Shown here piece after piece: positions 5,396 to 6,205 of a stretch of DNA of 6,205 nucleotides. Within the stretch, counting starts at the first letter, position 1. The number at the start of each line of letters is the position of its first letter. The position numbers were made by a program, and so were the translations under genes. Under the pieces are notes generated by a model that saw nothing but the letters and a program-made list of their open reading frames with translations, was not told where the DNA came from and ran no database searches. The DNA comes from a virus (Duplodnaviria > Heunggongvirae > Uroviricota > Caudoviricetes). The stretch lies in the IMG/VR virus record IMGVR_UViG_2671180753_000007. One strand, given 5' to 3'.

Positions 5396-6082
5396 TCACT
5401 CCTTCTCTTCTTTACCGTAGTGGAGTTGACCAATTTTGATAAGAGGGCGTCCCTGAGATTTGCGGTGTAGATTGGTATCGCGCAGAGAATACACACAGCC
5501 ACAATATTCCTGCTGATAGAATTTTTCGCGCTTGCTGATTTCAATCATACGGGACGAGCCGCCCTGCTTGCGCCAGTTATAATCCCAGTACACCATGCCC
5601 GGATAATGCGCGACGGCTCGCCGCCCACAGTCGTTAACCTGCTGCATATTTTTCCAGCGTGAAATGCCCAGTGAACTGCTGATCACACTGAAACCATTTT
5701 CAGCGGCGTACAGCGCTGTCCGCTCAAAACGCATGTCAAAACACATGGTGCAACGGATCCCTCGTTCGGGCTCCCATTCCATTCCTTTGGCTCGTTCAAA
5801 CCAGTTGTCTGTGTCGTAATCAGCATCAATAAACGGCACGCCGTGTTGTTCAGCAAAGCGAATATTCTCATCCTTACGAATTAAATACTCTTTCTGAGGA
5901 TGAATGTTCGGGTTGTAGAAAAAGATGGTGTAGTCGATTCCCGAGGCCTGAAGCGCCTCCATCACCTCACCGGAACATGGAGCACAGCAAGAGTGCAGTA
6001 GTAGTTTGTTTGCCCCGTTTGGGAGCTCCAATTTGGGCCGTTTGAAATCAGCAACTGTCATAAATATGTTTATTGGGGTCAT
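5396..6082 (-). CDS. queH: QueH/DUF208-like protein (putative epoxyqueuosine reductase family), 228 aa
   Basis: Intact 228-aa ORF with Cys-rich motifs [20 protein letters not shown] and EYCGCVYSL, which fit the cluster-binding motifs I recall for QueH (DUF208). No obvious SD precedes either candidate start (M1 at 6082 or M8). Confidence 0.55.
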   Translation of the reverse strand: MTPINIFMTVADFKRPKLELPNGANKLLLHSCCAPCSGEVMEALQASGIDYTIFFYNPNIHPQKEYLIRKDENIRFAEQHGVPFIDADYDTDNWFERAKGMEWEPERGIRCTMCFDMRFERTALYAAENGFSVISSSLGISRWKNMQQVNDCGRRAVAHYPGMVYWDYNWRKQGGSSRMIEISKREKFYQQEYCGCVYSLRDTNLHRKSQGRPLIKIGQLHYGKEEKE

Positions 6083-6205
6083 AAAAATATCAAAGAGTGT
6101 AGCATTAGAACGGGGCTATCGGAAACAGATGTGTGACTGCTCCCCGCCCTTTCGGGTGGTCTCCTGATGATTTGAGGGTGCAGAAATCCCTCCGGTTAAG
6201 GATTA

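Noticed and set aside
5683-5871. 62-aa minus-strand ORF
   Set aside because: Nested in another frame within the QueH-like gene.
6083-6205. Promoter or regulatory element upstream of the QueH-like gene
   Set aside because: Only weak matches (a TGcTACACT extended -10-like sequence very close to the ATG) and no clear -35; too uncertain to annotate.

Overview
This window reads as a rearranged lambdoid (Qin-like) prophage remnant from an E. coli/Shigella-type genome, heavily remodelled by insertion sequences. All prophage genes are on the minus strand. At the left is a translationally coupled module: a small Rem-like ORF, a DUF1367 gene, a DUF1364 (YbcO-like) gene and a putative Q-like antiterminator, followed by a strong intrinsic terminator. 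The middle holds a 5' fragment of IS1 (with an 85-bp internal deletion) fused to the 3' part of an IS3-family element, a second truncated DUF1367 copy inside an 822-bp direct repeat, and a complete 768-bp IS1 (insA/insB) without target-site duplication. At the right are a third DUF1367 5' fragment, a divergent Rem-like ORF, an apparently complete hok/mok/sok type I toxin-antitoxin locus, and a QueH/DUF208-like gene with Cys-rich motifs. No rRNA, tRNA or CRISPR array was seen. Family and product names are from motif recognition and synteny by eye, without any database search.
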